Shown one piece after another: positions 37,403-47,418 of a stretch of 59,105 bases of DNA. The stretch's first letter is position 1. Every line of letters starts with the position of its first letter. Below the pieces are notes generated by a model, which was given only the letters and a program-made list of their open reading frames with translations, was not told the DNA's origin and ran no database searches. Source of the DNA: an uncultured Gammaproteobacteria bacterium (lineage in GTDB: Bacteria > Patescibacteriota > Patescibacteriia > 2-01-FULL-39-33); NCBI GenBank assembly GCA_964536975.1, contig CAZHYS010000004.1, positions 10,760 through 69,864 of the forward strand, read 5' to 3'. The position numbers and the translations under genes are program-made.

Positions 37403-38074
37403 ATGGTAAAAGTTCCGGTCTACAATTTACAGGGAGAAAAAGCCAAAGAAATCCAGCTTAGCGCCAGATTGTTCGGTCGCGCGGTTAAGCCGGCGGTTGT
37501 TCATCAGGTGGTGGTCGCTCAAGAAGCCAATAGCCGGCAGGTTTTGGCGCACACCAAAGATCGCAGCGAAGTTCGCGGCGGCGGCAAGAAGCCATGGCGC
37601 CAAAAAGGCACCGGCCGCGCTCGGCATGGTTCCAGCCGATCGCCGATTTGGATTGGCGGCGGCGTCACCTTTGGTCCGACCAAAGAACGGAATTTTTCCA
37701 AGCTTGTCAATAAAAAACAAAAGCAAGCGGCGTTAGCGATGTGCTTGTCCGATCGCTTGGCTGATGGCCGATTGGCAATTTTTGAAAAATTAGAAAATAC
37801 TTCCGGCAAAACAAAAGACTTGAACGGCTGGCTCAAGACAGTGCAAGGCAAGGTTCCCGGATTAAAGGAAGCAAAAAAGTTTTTGTTGGTGTCAGACAAT
37901 AAGGATGAGCAGATTATCAAAGCGGTGGCAAATTTGAAAAACGTGATGGTAATAGCCGCTGACAGCTTAAATTGCGTGGATATTTTGAAATATGACACCC
38001 TATTGGCTTCGGCCAAGGCGATTGAAGTGATGGAAAAGCATTATCGGAAGACCAAGGACAAGAAGCAAAAATAA
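37403..38074 (+). CDS. rplD: 50S ribosomal protein uL4
   Basis: TKDRSEVRGGGKKPWRQKGTGRARHGS.RSPIWIGGG. Confidence 0.99.
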   Translation: MVKVPVYNLQGEKAKEIQLSARLFGRAVKPAVVHQVVVAQEANSRQVLAHTKDRSEVRGGGKKPWRQKGTGRARHGSSRSPIWIGGGVTFGPTKERNFSKLVNKKQKQAALAMCLSDRLADGRLAIFEKLENTSGKTKDLNGWLKTVQGKVPGLKEAKKFLLVSDNKDEQIIKAVANLKNVMVIAADSLNCVDILKYDTLLASAKAIEVMEKHYRKTKDKKQK

Positions 38075-38100
38075 TATTATAATCAATTTGTTTATCAAAT

Positions 38101-38547
38101 ATGAGCATTTTTGGAAAGTTTAAAAAGAAAGACGACGAAGCGGCCGAGGCAAAAGTTGCCCCGGTGGTTGAGGCGGCCAAAACGGTGAAATCGGAAAAGA
38201 AAGAAAAAAAGGACAAACCGGAGGCCAAGCCAGTCAAGGAAAAGACGGAAACGACTAGCAACAAAGAATTTTTCGGCGTCGTCATCCGTCCGCTTATCAC
38301 CGAAAAGGCGGCTTTGCTCGCGCAGTTCAATCAGTATCTGTTTGAAGTTGACCGCAAAGCCAATAAGATTGAAATCGCCCAGGCGATTGAAAGTCGTTAT
38401 GGCGTAAGGCCGATCAGAATAAATTCCATCAATACTGATGGCAAGTTTGTCCGCTATGGCCGCAATTTCGGTCAGCTGAAAAACTGGAAGAAAGTCGTGG
38501 CGACCTTGCCGGAAGGCAAATCAATCCAGACTCATGAAGGCGTTTAA
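38101..38547 (+). CDS. rplW: 50S ribosomal protein uL23 with about 55-aa N-terminal extension
   Basis: Core RPLITEK, KANKIEIAQAIE, WKKVVATL. Confidence 0.97.
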   Translation: MSIFGKFKKKDDEAAEAKVAPVVEAAKTVKSEKKEKKDKPEAKPVKEKTETTSNKEFFGVVIRPLITEKAALLAQFNQYLFEVDRKANKIEIAQAIESRYGVRPIRINSINTDGKFVRYGRNFGQLKNWKKVVATLPEGKSIQTHEGV

Positions 38548-38578
38548 TAATTGAAGCGATATATACCAAGTCAAAGAT

Positions 38579-39424
38579 ATGGCAATAAAAATTTACAAAC
38601 CTACCACCCCCGCTCGACGTCATACTTCCGTATTGATGAGTAATGACATTACCGCGCGCAAGCCGCACAAGAGTCTGGTTGTTTCCGGAAAGAATTTGGC
38701 TGGCCGCAATAATCAGGGCAAGATTACTGTCAGACATCAGGGCGGCGGCAGCCGGAAGAAGGTCCGCCTTGTTGATTACAAGCGGGATAAGTTTGATGTG
38801 CCGGCCAAGGTGGCGACCATTGAATACGATCCGAACCGCAATACTCGCATCGCTCTATTGAATTATGTTGACGGGCAAAAACGCTATATTGTCGCGCCGG
38901 TTGATTTGGCGGTCGGAGAAGAAATAATGAGTTCGCAGAAATTGATTGATTTGAAAAAAGGCAACGCCATGCCGTTGAAGCATATTCCGGCCGGCATGTT
39001 TGTCTATAATGTTGAATTGGTTCCCGGCAAGGGCGGCCAATTGGCCAGAAGCGCGGGCAACAGCATTTATTTGATGGCGATTGACGGTGGCTATGCCCAA
39101 TTGAAAATGCCATCCGGCGAAGTGAGATTGGTGTCCGAGGACTGCCTGGCGACTATTGGCACGGCCGGCAACCCGGATTACAAGAATATCCGCTGGGGCA
39201 AGGCCGGACGGACCAGGCACCGAGGCATCAGGCCGACCGTTCGCGGTAAAGTGATGAATCCGGTGGATCACCCGCATGGCGGCGGCGAAGGCAAGAACTC
39301 TATTGGTTTGAAGAGCCCGAAGACGCCATGGGGCAAGAAAGCGCTGGGCGTTAAGACCAGAAAAGCCGGCAAGAAGTCTGATCGGTTTATAGTCAAGCGC
39401 CGAGCAAGTAAAAAACGGAAATAA
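38579..39424 (+). CDS. rplB: 50S ribosomal protein uL2
   Basis: [35 protein letters not shown]. Confidence 0.99.
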   Translation: MAIKIYKPTTPARRHTSVLMSNDITARKPHKSLVVSGKNLAGRNNQGKITVRHQGGGSRKKVRLVDYKRDKFDVPAKVATIEYDPNRNTRIALLNYVDGQKRYIVAPVDLAVGEEIMSSQKLIDLKKGNAMPLKHIPAGMFVYNVELVPGKGGQLARSAGNSIYLMAIDGGYAQLKMPSGEVRLVSEDCLATIGTAGNPDYKNIRWGKAGRTRHRGIRPTVRGKVMNPVDHPHGGGEGKNSIGLKSPKTPWGKKALGVKTRKAGKKSDRFIVKRRASKKRK

Positions 39425-39479
39425 TTAAATTCGGCCTGGTGATGAGATAAAAACATCGCTATCGCCAAACGATAATAAT

Positions 39480-39773
39480 ATGTCAAGAAGCATAAAAAAA
39501 GGTCCCTATATTGACGAAAAATTGATCAAAAAAATCGCCAAGTTCAAAAAAGGCGACAAGACTGTCATTAAGACATGGTCTCGCAGCTGCGTGATTACTC
39601 CGGAGATGGTCGGGTTTACTTTTGGCGTCCACAATGGCAAAGAGCATATTCCGGTGTTTGTGGTGGAGAATATGGTCGGCCACAAACTGGGAGAGTTTTC
39701 TTTGACCAGAAAATTCTTCAAGCATGGCGGCAAAATCCAGAAGGCGATTGAGCAAGGGGCGAAAACCAGTTAA
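39480..39773 (+). CDS. rpsS: 30S ribosomal protein uS19
   Basis: [21 protein letters not shown]. Confidence 0.99.
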   Translation: MSRSIKKGPYIDEKLIKKIAKFKKGDKTVIKTWSRSCVITPEMVGFTFGVHNGKEHIPVFVVENMVGHKLGEFSLTRKFFKHGGKIQKAIEQGAKTS

Positions 39774-39808
39774 TAATCAAATCTAAACAGCAATTATAAA
39801 TTATCAAT

Positions 39809-40351
39809 ATGGAAGTCAGAGCTCAGGCAAAATATATCAGAATGTCTCCGCGGAAAGTCAGGTTGGTTGCCAACATGATTAAGGGATTGAAAGTGGACGA
39901 GGCATTGGTTCAGCTGCAATTCAACAAAAAGGCGGCCGGTTTGCCTGTGGCCAAATTAGTCAAGTCGGCTATTAGCAATGCTGAAGAGAACAACAAGTTG
40001 CGGAGAGATAATTTATTTGTCAAGGATATCACGGTGGACGGCGGTCCGGTTTTGAAGCGCTGGATGCCCAAGGCGTTCGGTCGAGCGACTACCATCAGAA
40101 AGAAAATGTCCCACATCACTTTGGTCTTGGGAGAACTTGTTCCGACGGCAACGACCGCCAAGAAAGAAAAAGCCGCCGACAAGAAGCAGGATATTATCAA
40201 GGTAAGCAATCTGGAAGAATTGAAGGATTTGGAGAAGAAGGATGAATTGGCTGGAAATAAGGCCGGCGCTGAAGAAAAATCAAAAGTCGGTAAAAAATCG
40301 CAGAAAGCGTTTACCAATAAAATGTTTAACCGAAGATCGGGTCAGAAATAA
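39809..40351 (+). CDS. rplV: 50S ribosomal protein uL22 with C-terminal extension
   Basis: RMSPRKVRLV, SAISNAE, VDGGP.LKRW.P.A.GRA. Confidence 0.98.
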   Translation: MEVRAQAKYIRMSPRKVRLVANMIKGLKVDEALVQLQFNKKAAGLPVAKLVKSAISNAEENNKLRRDNLFVKDITVDGGPVLKRWMPKAFGRATTIRKKMSHITLVLGELVPTATTAKKEKAADKKQDIIKVSNLEELKDLEKKDELAGNKAGAEEKSKVGKKSQKAFTNKMFNRRSGQK

Positions 40352-40403
40352 TTAATTAGCAAATCATCGGCGCCAAGCGGCTGCCGGCGAAGTGAAAAAT
40401 AAT

Positions 40404-41090
40404 ATGGGTCAAAAAGTCCATCCAAAAGCATTTAGATTGAAGGTCAATAAAACTTGGGATTCCAAGTGGTTTTCTGATAAGGATTTTCCTGAATTGTTGC
40501 GCCAGGATGTTTTGATAAGAAAATTCATTCTGCGCAAATTGCGTCATGTCGGAATCTCTCGGGTTGACATAGAACGATCAGCCAATCAAATTGCCATCAG
40601 TATTCATTGCGCTAAACCGGGATTAATCATCGGCCGTGGCGGCCAAGGCGCGGAAGACTTAAAGAAAGAGATTCATGAAAAGTTTTTGAAGGACGCTTTC
40701 AGCCGCAAAAAAGGGATCAAGAATATCAATATCAATATTATTGAAGTGGACAAGCCGAATTTGGACGCGGCGATTATCATGCAACAGATTATTGCTGATT
40801 TGGAAAAGCGCATTCCTTTCCGCCGGGCGATCAAGCAAGCCATGGGTCGGGCCGAAAAAGCCGGCGCTCAAGGTGTCAAGATTTCTGTTGCCGGCCGTTT
40901 GAACGGATCGGAAATCGCGCGGACGGAAATGCTTGCTTCCGGCAAGATTCCTTTGCATACTCTGCGCGCCAATATTGATTACTGCCGCGGCGCCGCGCAG
41001 ACTATTTATGGCAAAATCGGCGTCAAAGTCTGGATTTATAAGGGAGAGATTTTCAACAAAGAAGAAAATAACAAAGAAAAAAGCAATTAA
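40404..41090 (+). CDS. rpsC: 30S ribosomal protein uS3 (start corrected to ATG 40404)
   Basis: [40 protein letters not shown]. Confidence 0.99.
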   Translation: MGQKVHPKAFRLKVNKTWDSKWFSDKDFPELLRQDVLIRKFILRKLRHVGISRVDIERSANQIAISIHCAKPGLIIGRGGQGAEDLKKEIHEKFLKDAFSRKKGIKNININIIEVDKPNLDAAIIMQQIIADLEKRIPFRRAIKQAMGRAEKAGAQGVKISVAGRLNGSEIARTEMLASGKIPLHTLRANIDYCRGAAQTIYGKIGVKVWIYKGEIFNKEENNKEKSN

Positions 41091-41092
41091 AT

Positions 41093-41500
41093 ATGTTGGC
41101 ACCAAAAAAGTTAAAACACAGAAAACACCACCGGCCCGATGTCAAAGGTTCGGCCACCTCAAGCAACACCATTGCTTTTGGCAGCTTTGCTTTGAAAGCG
41201 ACGACCGGCGGCTGGGTGGCGGCCAAGCAGATTGAAGCCGCCAGAAGAGTGATGACCAGATACACCAAAAAAGGCGGCAAGATTTGGATCAGGATTTTTC
41301 CTCATCGGCCGATTACCGAAAAAGGCACTCAAGCGACCATGGGCGGCGGCAAAGGCACGCCGGAACATTATGTCGCGGTGGTTAAGCCCGGCGTGGTAAT
41401 GTTTGAAATGGACGGCATCACCAAAGATCAGGCGCAAGAAGCGATGAATTTGGCCGCTTATAAATTGCCGGTCAAAGCGAAATTTATCACCAAAGAGTAA
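41093..41500 (+). CDS. rplP: 50S ribosomal protein uL16
   Basis: [28 protein letters not shown]. Confidence 0.99.
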   Translation: MLAPKKLKHRKHHRPDVKGSATSSNTIAFGSFALKATTGGWVAAKQIEAARRVMTRYTKKGGKIWIRIFPHRPITEKGTQATMGGGKGTPEHYVAVVKPGVVMFEMDGITKDQAQEAMNLAAYKLPVKAKFITKE

Positions 41501-41508
41501 AATCATAT

Positions 41509-41709
41509 ATGAATATCAAGGAAATCAACAATAAAGAAGTCAAAGAATTAAACCATCTTTTGCATGATCTGCGCAAAAAGCTGGATGATTTGAAATTCAA
41601 AGCTATTCAGAAACAGTTGAAAAATATCAGGGAAATCCGGGAAGTCAAAAAGGATGTTGCCAGGGTATTGACGGTTTTGGATCGGAAGAATAAAGAAGTT
41701 AAAAATTAG
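41509..41709 (+). CDS. rpmC: 50S ribosomal protein uL29
   Basis: Position in S10 operon; [14 protein letters not shown]. Confidence 0.95.
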   Translation: MNIKEINNKEVKELNHLLHDLRKKLDDLKFKAIQKQLKNIREIREVKKDVARVLTVLDRKNKEVKN

Positions 41710-41720
41710 TTTATAAAAAT

Positions 41721-41987
41721 ATGGACAATATCAAAGCAACAGTCAAAAGAAACATCATCGTTCAGAAATTCAAAGGAGTGGTGGTGTCGGACAAAATGGA
41801 CAAGACGATCGTAGTCAGAGTGGATGCTTTAAAGCTCCATCCTCGCTATAATAAAAGATATCAGACCAGCAAGAAATACAAAGTTCATGATGAAAAGGGT
41901 AAGTACAAGACAGGAGACACGGTGGAATTTGTGGCTTGTCGGCCCATCAGTAAGGATAAAAAATGGCGGGTAATTTATAAAAAATAA
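41721..41987 (+). CDS. rpsQ: 30S ribosomal protein uS17
   Basis: [26 protein letters not shown]. Confidence 0.98.
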   Translation: MDNIKATVKRNIIVQKFKGVVVSDKMDKTIVVRVDALKLHPRYNKRYQTSKKYKVHDEKGKYKTGDTVEFVACRPISKDKKWRVIYKK

Positions 41988-42014
41988 GAATCAGGCGGTA
42001 GCAGTTGGTTTAAG

Positions 42015-42042
42015 ATAAGCCATAAGCTATAAGCTATAAGCT
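42015..42042 (+). repeat. 7-bp tandem repeat (ATAAGC[C/T]) x4 between rpsQ and rplN
   Basis: ataagcc ataagct ataagct ataagct, ending 6 nt before the rplN ATG. Confidence 0.85.
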
Positions 42043-42048
42043 AATTAT

Positions 42049-42420
42049 ATGGTTCAAGCAAGATCAATTATCAATTCAGCGGACAATACCGGCGCAAAAA
42101 AATTGCGAGTAATTAAGGTTTTGGGCGGATACAAGAAGCGCTATAGCCGGTTGGGCGAGATAGTGACGGCATCCGTTTTGGAAGCTGTTCCTCATAGCAT
42201 GGTCAAAAAAGGTGATGTTGTTCACGCGGTTTTGGTTAGAACCAGAAAAGAAGTTCGGCGCGCTGATGGATCTTACATCAGGTTTGACGATAATGCCGGC
42301 GTGATTATTGATATGAAGAACAAAGACATGAAGGGCACCAGAATTTTCGGGCCGGTGGCCAGAGAATTGAGAAGCCAGGGATACCAAAAAATAATCAGCT
42401 TGGCGCCGGAGGTGCTTTAA
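42049..42420 (+). CDS. rplN: 50S ribosomal protein uL14
   Basis: [32 protein letters not shown]. Confidence 0.99.
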   Translation: MVQARSIINSADNTGAKKLRVIKVLGGYKKRYSRLGEIVTASVLEAVPHSMVKKGDVVHAVLVRTRKEVRRADGSYIRFDDNAGVIIDMKNKDMKGTRIFGPVARELRSQGYQKIISLAPEVL

Positions 42421-42440
42421 TCCAAATTATTTATATTGTT

Positions 42441-42776
42441 ATGAAAATAAAAACAGGCGACAAAGTAAAAATGCTAGTAGGCAAAGACAAGGGCAAGACC
42501 GGAAAGGTTTTGCAAGTTTTGGCCGCGGAAAATAAAGTAGCGGTGGAGGGCCTCAACCTGGTTACCAAGAATCAGCGCGGCAAGCGGCAGGGTGAAAAGG
42601 GCCAGCGGATCCAATACCCAAGATTGGTCAATGCTTCCAAGGTGGCGGTCATCTGTCCCAAGTGCGGACAAATCGGCCGAGTCGGCTATAAGATTGTCGC
42701 CGGCGAAAGCAAGGAAGGCAAAAAAGCCAAGTCAAGCAAATTCAGAATTTGCGGAAAATGCGAAGAGACGATTTAA
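42441..42776 (+). CDS. rplX: 50S ribosomal protein uL24 (with CxxC...CxxC)
   Basis: KOW motif KTGDKV...GKDKGKTG, VEGLN, CPKC...CGKC. Confidence 0.98.
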   Translation: MKIKTGDKVKMLVGKDKGKTGKVLQVLAAENKVAVEGLNLVTKNQRGKRQGEKGQRIQYPRLVNASKVAVICPKCGQIGRVGYKIVAGESKEGKKAKSSKFRICGKCEETI

Positions 42777-42799
42777 CTCGTAAAATGTAATATAAAATT

Positions 42800-43342
42800 A
42801 TGGAATCAAGATTGTATAAAAAATATAAAACTGAAACGGTGGCCGCCCTCAAGGAGCGCTTTGCTTATGCCAGCCAATTTTCCGTTCCCAAAATAGAAAA
42901 AGCCAGCATCAATGTTGGCATCAATTCCCGCAATACTGACAGCGGCTATTTGGACAAAGTGGAAGAAACTTTGGCTAAAATTACCGGTCAGAAACCGGTG
43001 CGAACCAAGGCCAAAAAAGCTATTTCCGCCTTCAAGGTGCGGGAAGGCATGGTGGTCGGCGTCAAGGTGACTTTGCGCGGTCAGCGAATGTATGATTTTT
43101 TGGACAAATTGATAAATGTCACCATTCCCCGTATCAGAGATTTCCGCGGCTTGTCGGTAAAGAGCGTGGACAAGCAAGGCAATCTTAATTTGGGTTTTAA
43201 AGAGCATAATGTTTTTCCGGAAATTAAGGCGGATGATATTGAACGGATTCACGGTTTGGAAATTTCCGTCACTACGACAGCCAACAATTATGAAGAAGGA
43301 TTGGAATTGTTCAAATCACTCGGGTTTCCCTTTCAAAAATAA
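42800..43342 (+). CDS. rplE: 50S ribosomal protein uL5
   Basis: ITGQKP, FKVREG, VTLRG, PRIRDFRGL. Confidence 0.99.
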   Translation: MESRLYKKYKTETVAALKERFAYASQFSVPKIEKASINVGINSRNTDSGYLDKVEETLAKITGQKPVRTKAKKAISAFKVREGMVVGVKVTLRGQRMYDFLDKLINVTIPRIRDFRGLSVKSVDKQGNLNLGFKEHNVFPEIKADDIERIHGLEISVTTTANNYEEGLELFKSLGFPFQK

Positions 43343-43364
43343 TTCAAGATATAATTAATAAAAT

Positions 43365-43550
43365 ATGGCGACACAAGCGCAAATCGCGAAATCAAACAAA
43401 AAATTGAAATTTTCCAGCAGAAAAGTGAATCGTTGCTGGCGGTGCGGCCGGCGGAGAGGCTATCTTCGCGATTTTAAGTTGTGCCGCATTTGTTTTAGGG
43501 AACTGGCCACCAACGGCCAGATTCCGGGCATCACTAAATCATCTTGGTAA
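43365..43550 (+). CDS. rpsN: 30S ribosomal protein uS14, Zn-binding type Z
   Basis: RCWRCGR...[15 protein letters not shown]. Confidence 0.98.
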   Translation: MATQAQIAKSNKKLKFSSRKVNRCWRCGRRRGYLRDFKLCRICFRELATNGQIPGITKSSW

Positions 43551-43605
43551 TCAATTATTAAACTAACAAGCAAACAAGCTAAAATAAGTTAAACCATAAA
43601 ATACT

Positions 43606-44007
43606 ATGACCGATCCTATTGCTGACATGCTAACCAGAATCAGGAACGCCTCCCGGACAAAAAAAGAAGAGGTGTTTGTCCCGTTTTCCAAAATAAAATT
43701 GGAGATTGTTAAGATTTTAAAGCGGGAGGGCTATGTTGCCGATTTTGACGAAATCAAACCGGACTCTTCCAAGGAGAGATTCGGCGGCATTATGGTAAAG
43801 CTGAAGTATATCGGCAAAGAGCCGGCCATCACCTCCATTAAGAAGATTTCCCGCCCCGGCCGCCGGATTTATTCCGCCAAAGACGAATTGCCGAAAGTTT
43901 TAAATAATTTAGGTATCGCGATTATTTCCACTTCCCAAGGCTTGATGACCAATCGCCAGGCGAAGAAAGCCGGCTTGGGTGGGGAAGTGATTTGCGAAAT
44001 ATATTAA
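43606..44007 (+). CDS. rpsH: 30S ribosomal protein uS8
   Basis: DPIADMLTRIRNA, SRPGRRIY, STSQGLMT. Confidence 0.99.
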   Translation: MTDPIADMLTRIRNASRTKKEEVFVPFSKIKLEIVKILKREGYVADFDEIKPDSSKERFGGIMVKLKYIGKEPAITSIKKISRPGRRIYSAKDELPKVLNNLGIAIISTSQGLMTNRQAKKAGLGGEVICEIY

Positions 44008-44011
44008 TTTT

Positions 44012-44554
44012 ATGAGCAGAGTAGGAAAAAAAATAATTTTGATTCCGGCCGGCGTGGAAATGAAGACAGACGGATCAGTCGTCGTCGTCAAAGGCCCCAA
44101 AGGCGAATTAAAGCAGGAGTTGCACCCGCATGTCTCTGTTGAAATCAAAGACGGCCAGGCTTCGGTTAAGATTAAAGATGAAACCGACAAATCGCAGCGG
44201 GCGTTGTGGGGATTATTCGGCAGTTTGTTGAAAAATATGGTAATCGGCGTGACTCAAGGATTTTCCAAAAAATTGGAAATCAACGGCGTCGGTTTTAACG
44301 CCGCCGCATCCGGCAAGAAGCTGGTTTTGAAAGTCGGTTTTTCTCATCAGGTGGATTTTCCGGTGGTTGACGGCATTGACATTAAAACCGAAGGCAACAC
44401 CATTACCGTCAGTGGAATTGACAAGCAATTGGTCGGCGAAGTGGCTGCGCAAATCAGAAAGATCAAAAAACCCGAGCCATATAAAGGCAAGGGTATCAAA
44501 TATGCTGGCGAACAGTTGATTCGCAAGGCCGGCAAAGCGGCGGCCAGCAAGTAA
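44012..44554 (+). CDS. rplF: 50S ribosomal protein uL6
   Basis: MSRVGKK, VKGPKGEL, PEPYKGKGIKY. Confidence 0.99.
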   Translation: MSRVGKKIILIPAGVEMKTDGSVVVVKGPKGELKQELHPHVSVEIKDGQASVKIKDETDKSQRALWGLFGSLLKNMVIGVTQGFSKKLEINGVGFNAAASGKKLVLKVGFSHQVDFPVVDGIDIKTEGNTITVSGIDKQLVGEVAAQIRKIKKPEPYKGKGIKYAGEQLIRKAGKAAASK

Positions 44555-44568
44555 TAAAATCACTATTT

Positions 44569-44922
44569 ATGGACAAACAAAAGAATAAACAACAGATCAG
44601 AACCAGAAGACACGAAAGAATTCGCGCCAAGGTTTTTGGCACGGCCGTTCGTCCGAGGTTGTCGGTTTACCGCAGTCTTAGCCACATTAGCGCGCAATTG
44701 ATTGATGATGAAGCGAGCCGGACTCTTGTCAGCGTCAGCGATCAGGAAGTGAAAAGCGGAAAAACCAAAACAGAGAAGTCCTTTGCTGCCGGAAAACTGC
44801 TGGCCGAAAAAGCTTTGTCCAAGAAGATTGGCGAGGCGGTTTTTGACAAAGGCTTTTTCAAATACCATGGCCGAGTCAAGGCTTTGGCCGACGGCGCCAG
44901 AGAAGGCGGTTTAAAAATATAA
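44569..44922 (+). CDS. rplR: 50S ribosomal protein uL18
   Basis: RPRLSVYRS, YHGRVKALADGAREGGL. Confidence 0.99.
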   Translation: MDKQKNKQQIRTRRHERIRAKVFGTAVRPRLSVYRSLSHISAQLIDDEASRTLVSVSDQEVKSGKTKTEKSFAAGKLLAEKALSKKIGEAVFDKGFFKYHGRVKALADGAREGGLKI

Positions 44923-44956
44923 ATCAAGAATACTCACCGCTCTATAATATAAAAAT

Positions 44957-45520
44957 ATGGCAGAAAAAAATAAAAAGTTTTCCAGGATAAAAAAAGAAAA
45001 GCCGGAATTTGACCAGCAGATTGTTGATATTGCCCGTGTGACCAGAGTAATGGCCGGCGGCAAGAGAATGCGGTTTCGCGCCTGTGTTGTCATTGGCAAC
45101 AAGAAAGGCAAGGTCGGCATCGGTTTGGCCAAAGCCAAAGACGTTCCTCAAGCCGTTCAAAAAGCAGTCAAAAAAGCGGAGCGCGACGCTATCATAGTCA
45201 ATTTATACAAGGGTACCATTCCGCATGAGGTGAGCGTCAAACTTGGCTCGGCCAAATTGTTGCTTAAGCCGGCGCCGGAAGGAACCGGTATTATCTCCGG
45301 CGGCGCGGCGCGGATAGTTTTGGAATTGTCGGGAGTAAGAAATGTTGTTTCTAAGATTTTGGGCACCAACAACAAGGTCAATAATGTCAAAGCGACAATC
45401 AAAGCGTTGAGCATGCTTAAATCGCGGCCCGAAGGTAAAGAAAGTAAAAAAGAGCCGGCGGAGAAAAAAGCGTCTGAGGAAAAGAAGCCCAAGAAAAAAG
45501 TGGAAAGCAAGGAAAAATAA
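44957..45520 (+). CDS. rpsE: 30S ribosomal protein uS5 with charged C-terminal tail
   Basis: RVTRVMAGGKR.RF, KPAPEGTGII.GG. Confidence 0.99.
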   Translation: MAEKNKKFSRIKKEKPEFDQQIVDIARVTRVMAGGKRMRFRACVVIGNKKGKVGIGLAKAKDVPQAVQKAVKKAERDAIIVNLYKGTIPHEVSVKLGSAKLLLKPAPEGTGIISGGAARIVLELSGVRNVVSKILGTNNKVNNVKATIKALSMLKSRPEGKESKKEPAEKKASEEKKPKKKVESKEK

Positions 45521-45541
45521 GTGAAAAAATATCAAGAATAT

Positions 45542-45985
45542 ATGGCGATTAATTTATCAAATTTAAAACCCGCCTCCGGCGCTACCAAAAAGAGCAGGCG
45601 AGTTGGACGCGGCGGCAAACGGGGTAGCTATTCCGGCCGCGGCATGAAAGGCCAAAGAGCCAGAAGCGGCGGCAAAGGCGGATTAAAAGCGCTCGGTTTG
45701 AAGCAGACTCTTCAGCGAATTCCCAAAAGCCGGGGATTCAAGAGTTTTAAGCCGAAAATGGCGACAGTTAACTTGGCTGATTTGGACAAGATGTTTTCCG
45801 TCGGTGAAATTATTGACGCCAAGAAGCTGCTCAAAGCCGGCTTGATTAATAGCGCCAAAAATGGCGTTAAGATTTTGGGTGATGGCAAATTGGCCAAAAA
45901 ATTCCAGGTCATTGCCGACAAATTTTCTTCTTCCGCCCGAGAGGCGATTACCAAGGCTGGCGGCAAAGCGGAACTCAAAAAATAA
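45542..45985 (+). CDS. rplO: 50S ribosomal protein uL15 (start corrected to ATG 45542)
   Basis: RVGRGG..G..SGRG.KGQRARSG, VKILGDG. No L30 gene between rpsE and rplO. Confidence 0.98.
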   Translation: MAINLSNLKPASGATKKSRRVGRGGKRGSYSGRGMKGQRARSGGKGGLKALGLKQTLQRIPKSRGFKSFKPKMATVNLADLDKMFSVGEIIDAKKLLKAGLINSAKNGVKILGDGKLAKKFQVIADKFSSSAREAITKAGGKAELKK

Positions 45986-46011
45986 CCGGATTAAAACTCT
46001 TTTTATCATTT

Positions 46012-47286
46012 ATGTTTAACAAGCTCACTCAAATCTGGAAAATAAAAGATTTGCGCCGCAGTCTCTTGTTTGTTTTGGCGATGCTGGTGATATTCAGGGT
46101 GATCGCTCATATTCCTATTCCGGGAGTGGATGCGGCCGGCTTGAAACAGGTGTTTAGCAGCAATCAAATCCTCGGACTGTTAAATGTTTTTTCCGGCGGC
46201 ACAATGGAAAATTTTTCTGTTGCCATGCTGGGCATTGCTCCGTATATCACTGCTTCCATTATTTTCCAATTGTTGGCAATGGTGATCCCGTCTTTGGAAG
46301 AACTGTCCAAGGAAGGCGAGTATGGCCGGCAAAAAATAAACCAATGGACTCGTTGGCTTACTATCCCGCTGGCTTTTTTTCAGGCATTCGCGATGATTTC
46401 CTTGCTCAAGCGGACAGTGCCGAATATTTTTGTCGGTTTTGGCGGCTGGCAGATGCTGACGGCGATGATTACTATTACCGCCGGTACGGTTTTTCTAATG
46501 TGGCTAGGCGAGCTCATTTCCGAAAAGCATGTTGGCAACGGCATCTCTTTGCTTATCTTCGCCGGCATTATCGCTGGCCTGCCTTCTTCGGTATCCAGCG
46601 CCATCTATACTTATGATTCGAGCCAAATAATCAATATGGCGATTTTCGCGATTATCGCAGTCATTACTATTGTCGGCGTAGTTATTATCACCGAAGGTCA
46701 GCGCAATATTCCGGTGTCGTACGCCCGGCGTATCCGCGGCAATAAGATGTATGGCGGCGTAGACACTCATTTGCCGCTTCGCGTCAATCAAGCCGGCGTC
46801 ATCCCGATAATTTTTGCCATTTCCATTATTCTGTTGCCGTCCATGGTGGCGCAGATGCTGGTCGGCGTCAAAACTGCTTGGCTGGCTTCGTCTGCCAATT
46901 GGGTGGCGCAATTGTTTCAGAATCAGCTTTTTTACGGAATTTCCTATTTTGTCTTAGTGGTGGCGTTTACTTATTTTTATACCGCGATTATTTTTCATCC
47001 CGATCAGATCGCCGATAATCTCCAGAAGCAAGGCGGCTTTGTCCCGGGTATTCGTCCGGGTCGGCCGACCGCTGAATATCTCCAAAAAGTGGTCACGCGG
47101 ATTGTTTTTACCGGCGCGCTGTTTTTGGGCATCATCGCCGTATTGCCGCTCATTACCGCCCAGCTTACTGATACCCAAAATCTGGTTATTGGCGGTACCA
47201 GCTTATTAATCGTTGTTTCCGTGGTCATTGAGACGGTCAATCAGATTAATGCCCAGCTGTCAATGCGCGACTACGAGGAAATTTAG
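46012..47286 (+). CDS. secY: Preprotein translocase subunit SecY
   Basis: LGIAPYITASII, GEYGRQKI, GNGISLLIF, AGVIPIIFA, GIRPG, GGTSLLIVV. Confidence 0.99.
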   Translation: MFNKLTQIWKIKDLRRSLLFVLAMLVIFRVIAHIPIPGVDAAGLKQVFSSNQILGLLNVFSGGTMENFSVAMLGIAPYITASIIFQLLAMVIPSLEELSKEGEYGRQKINQWTRWLTIPLAFFQAFAMISLLKRTVPNIFVGFGGWQMLTAMITITAGTVFLMWLGELISEKHVGNGISLLIFAGIIAGLPSSVSSAIYTYDSSQIINMAIFAIIAVITIVGVVIITEGQRNIPVSYARRIRGNKMYGGVDTHLPLRVNQAGVIPIIFAISIILLPSMVAQMLVGVKTAWLASSANWVAQLFQNQLFYGISYFVLVVAFTYFYTAIIFHPDQIADNLQKQGGFVPGIRPGRPTAEYLQKVVTRIVFTGALFLGIIAVLPLITAQLTDTQNLVIGGTSLLIVVSVVIETVNQINAQLSMRDYEEI

Positions 47287-47308
47287 TTTTTTGTTTTTAT
47301 TATACCCG

Positions 47309-47334
47309 ACAGTCCGCCTTAGCGGACTGTTTTT
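47309..47334 (+). terminator. Intrinsic terminator after secY
   Basis: acagtccgc-ctta-gcggactgt followed by a T-run. Confidence 0.85.
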
Positions 47335-47418
47335 GGTTGGCCTTCAACGCCGTCTGGATTTATTCAATTAAATAAGTTAGAATGAAAAGGTAAAATAAAT
47401 CATTTTTAATCAAAAATT

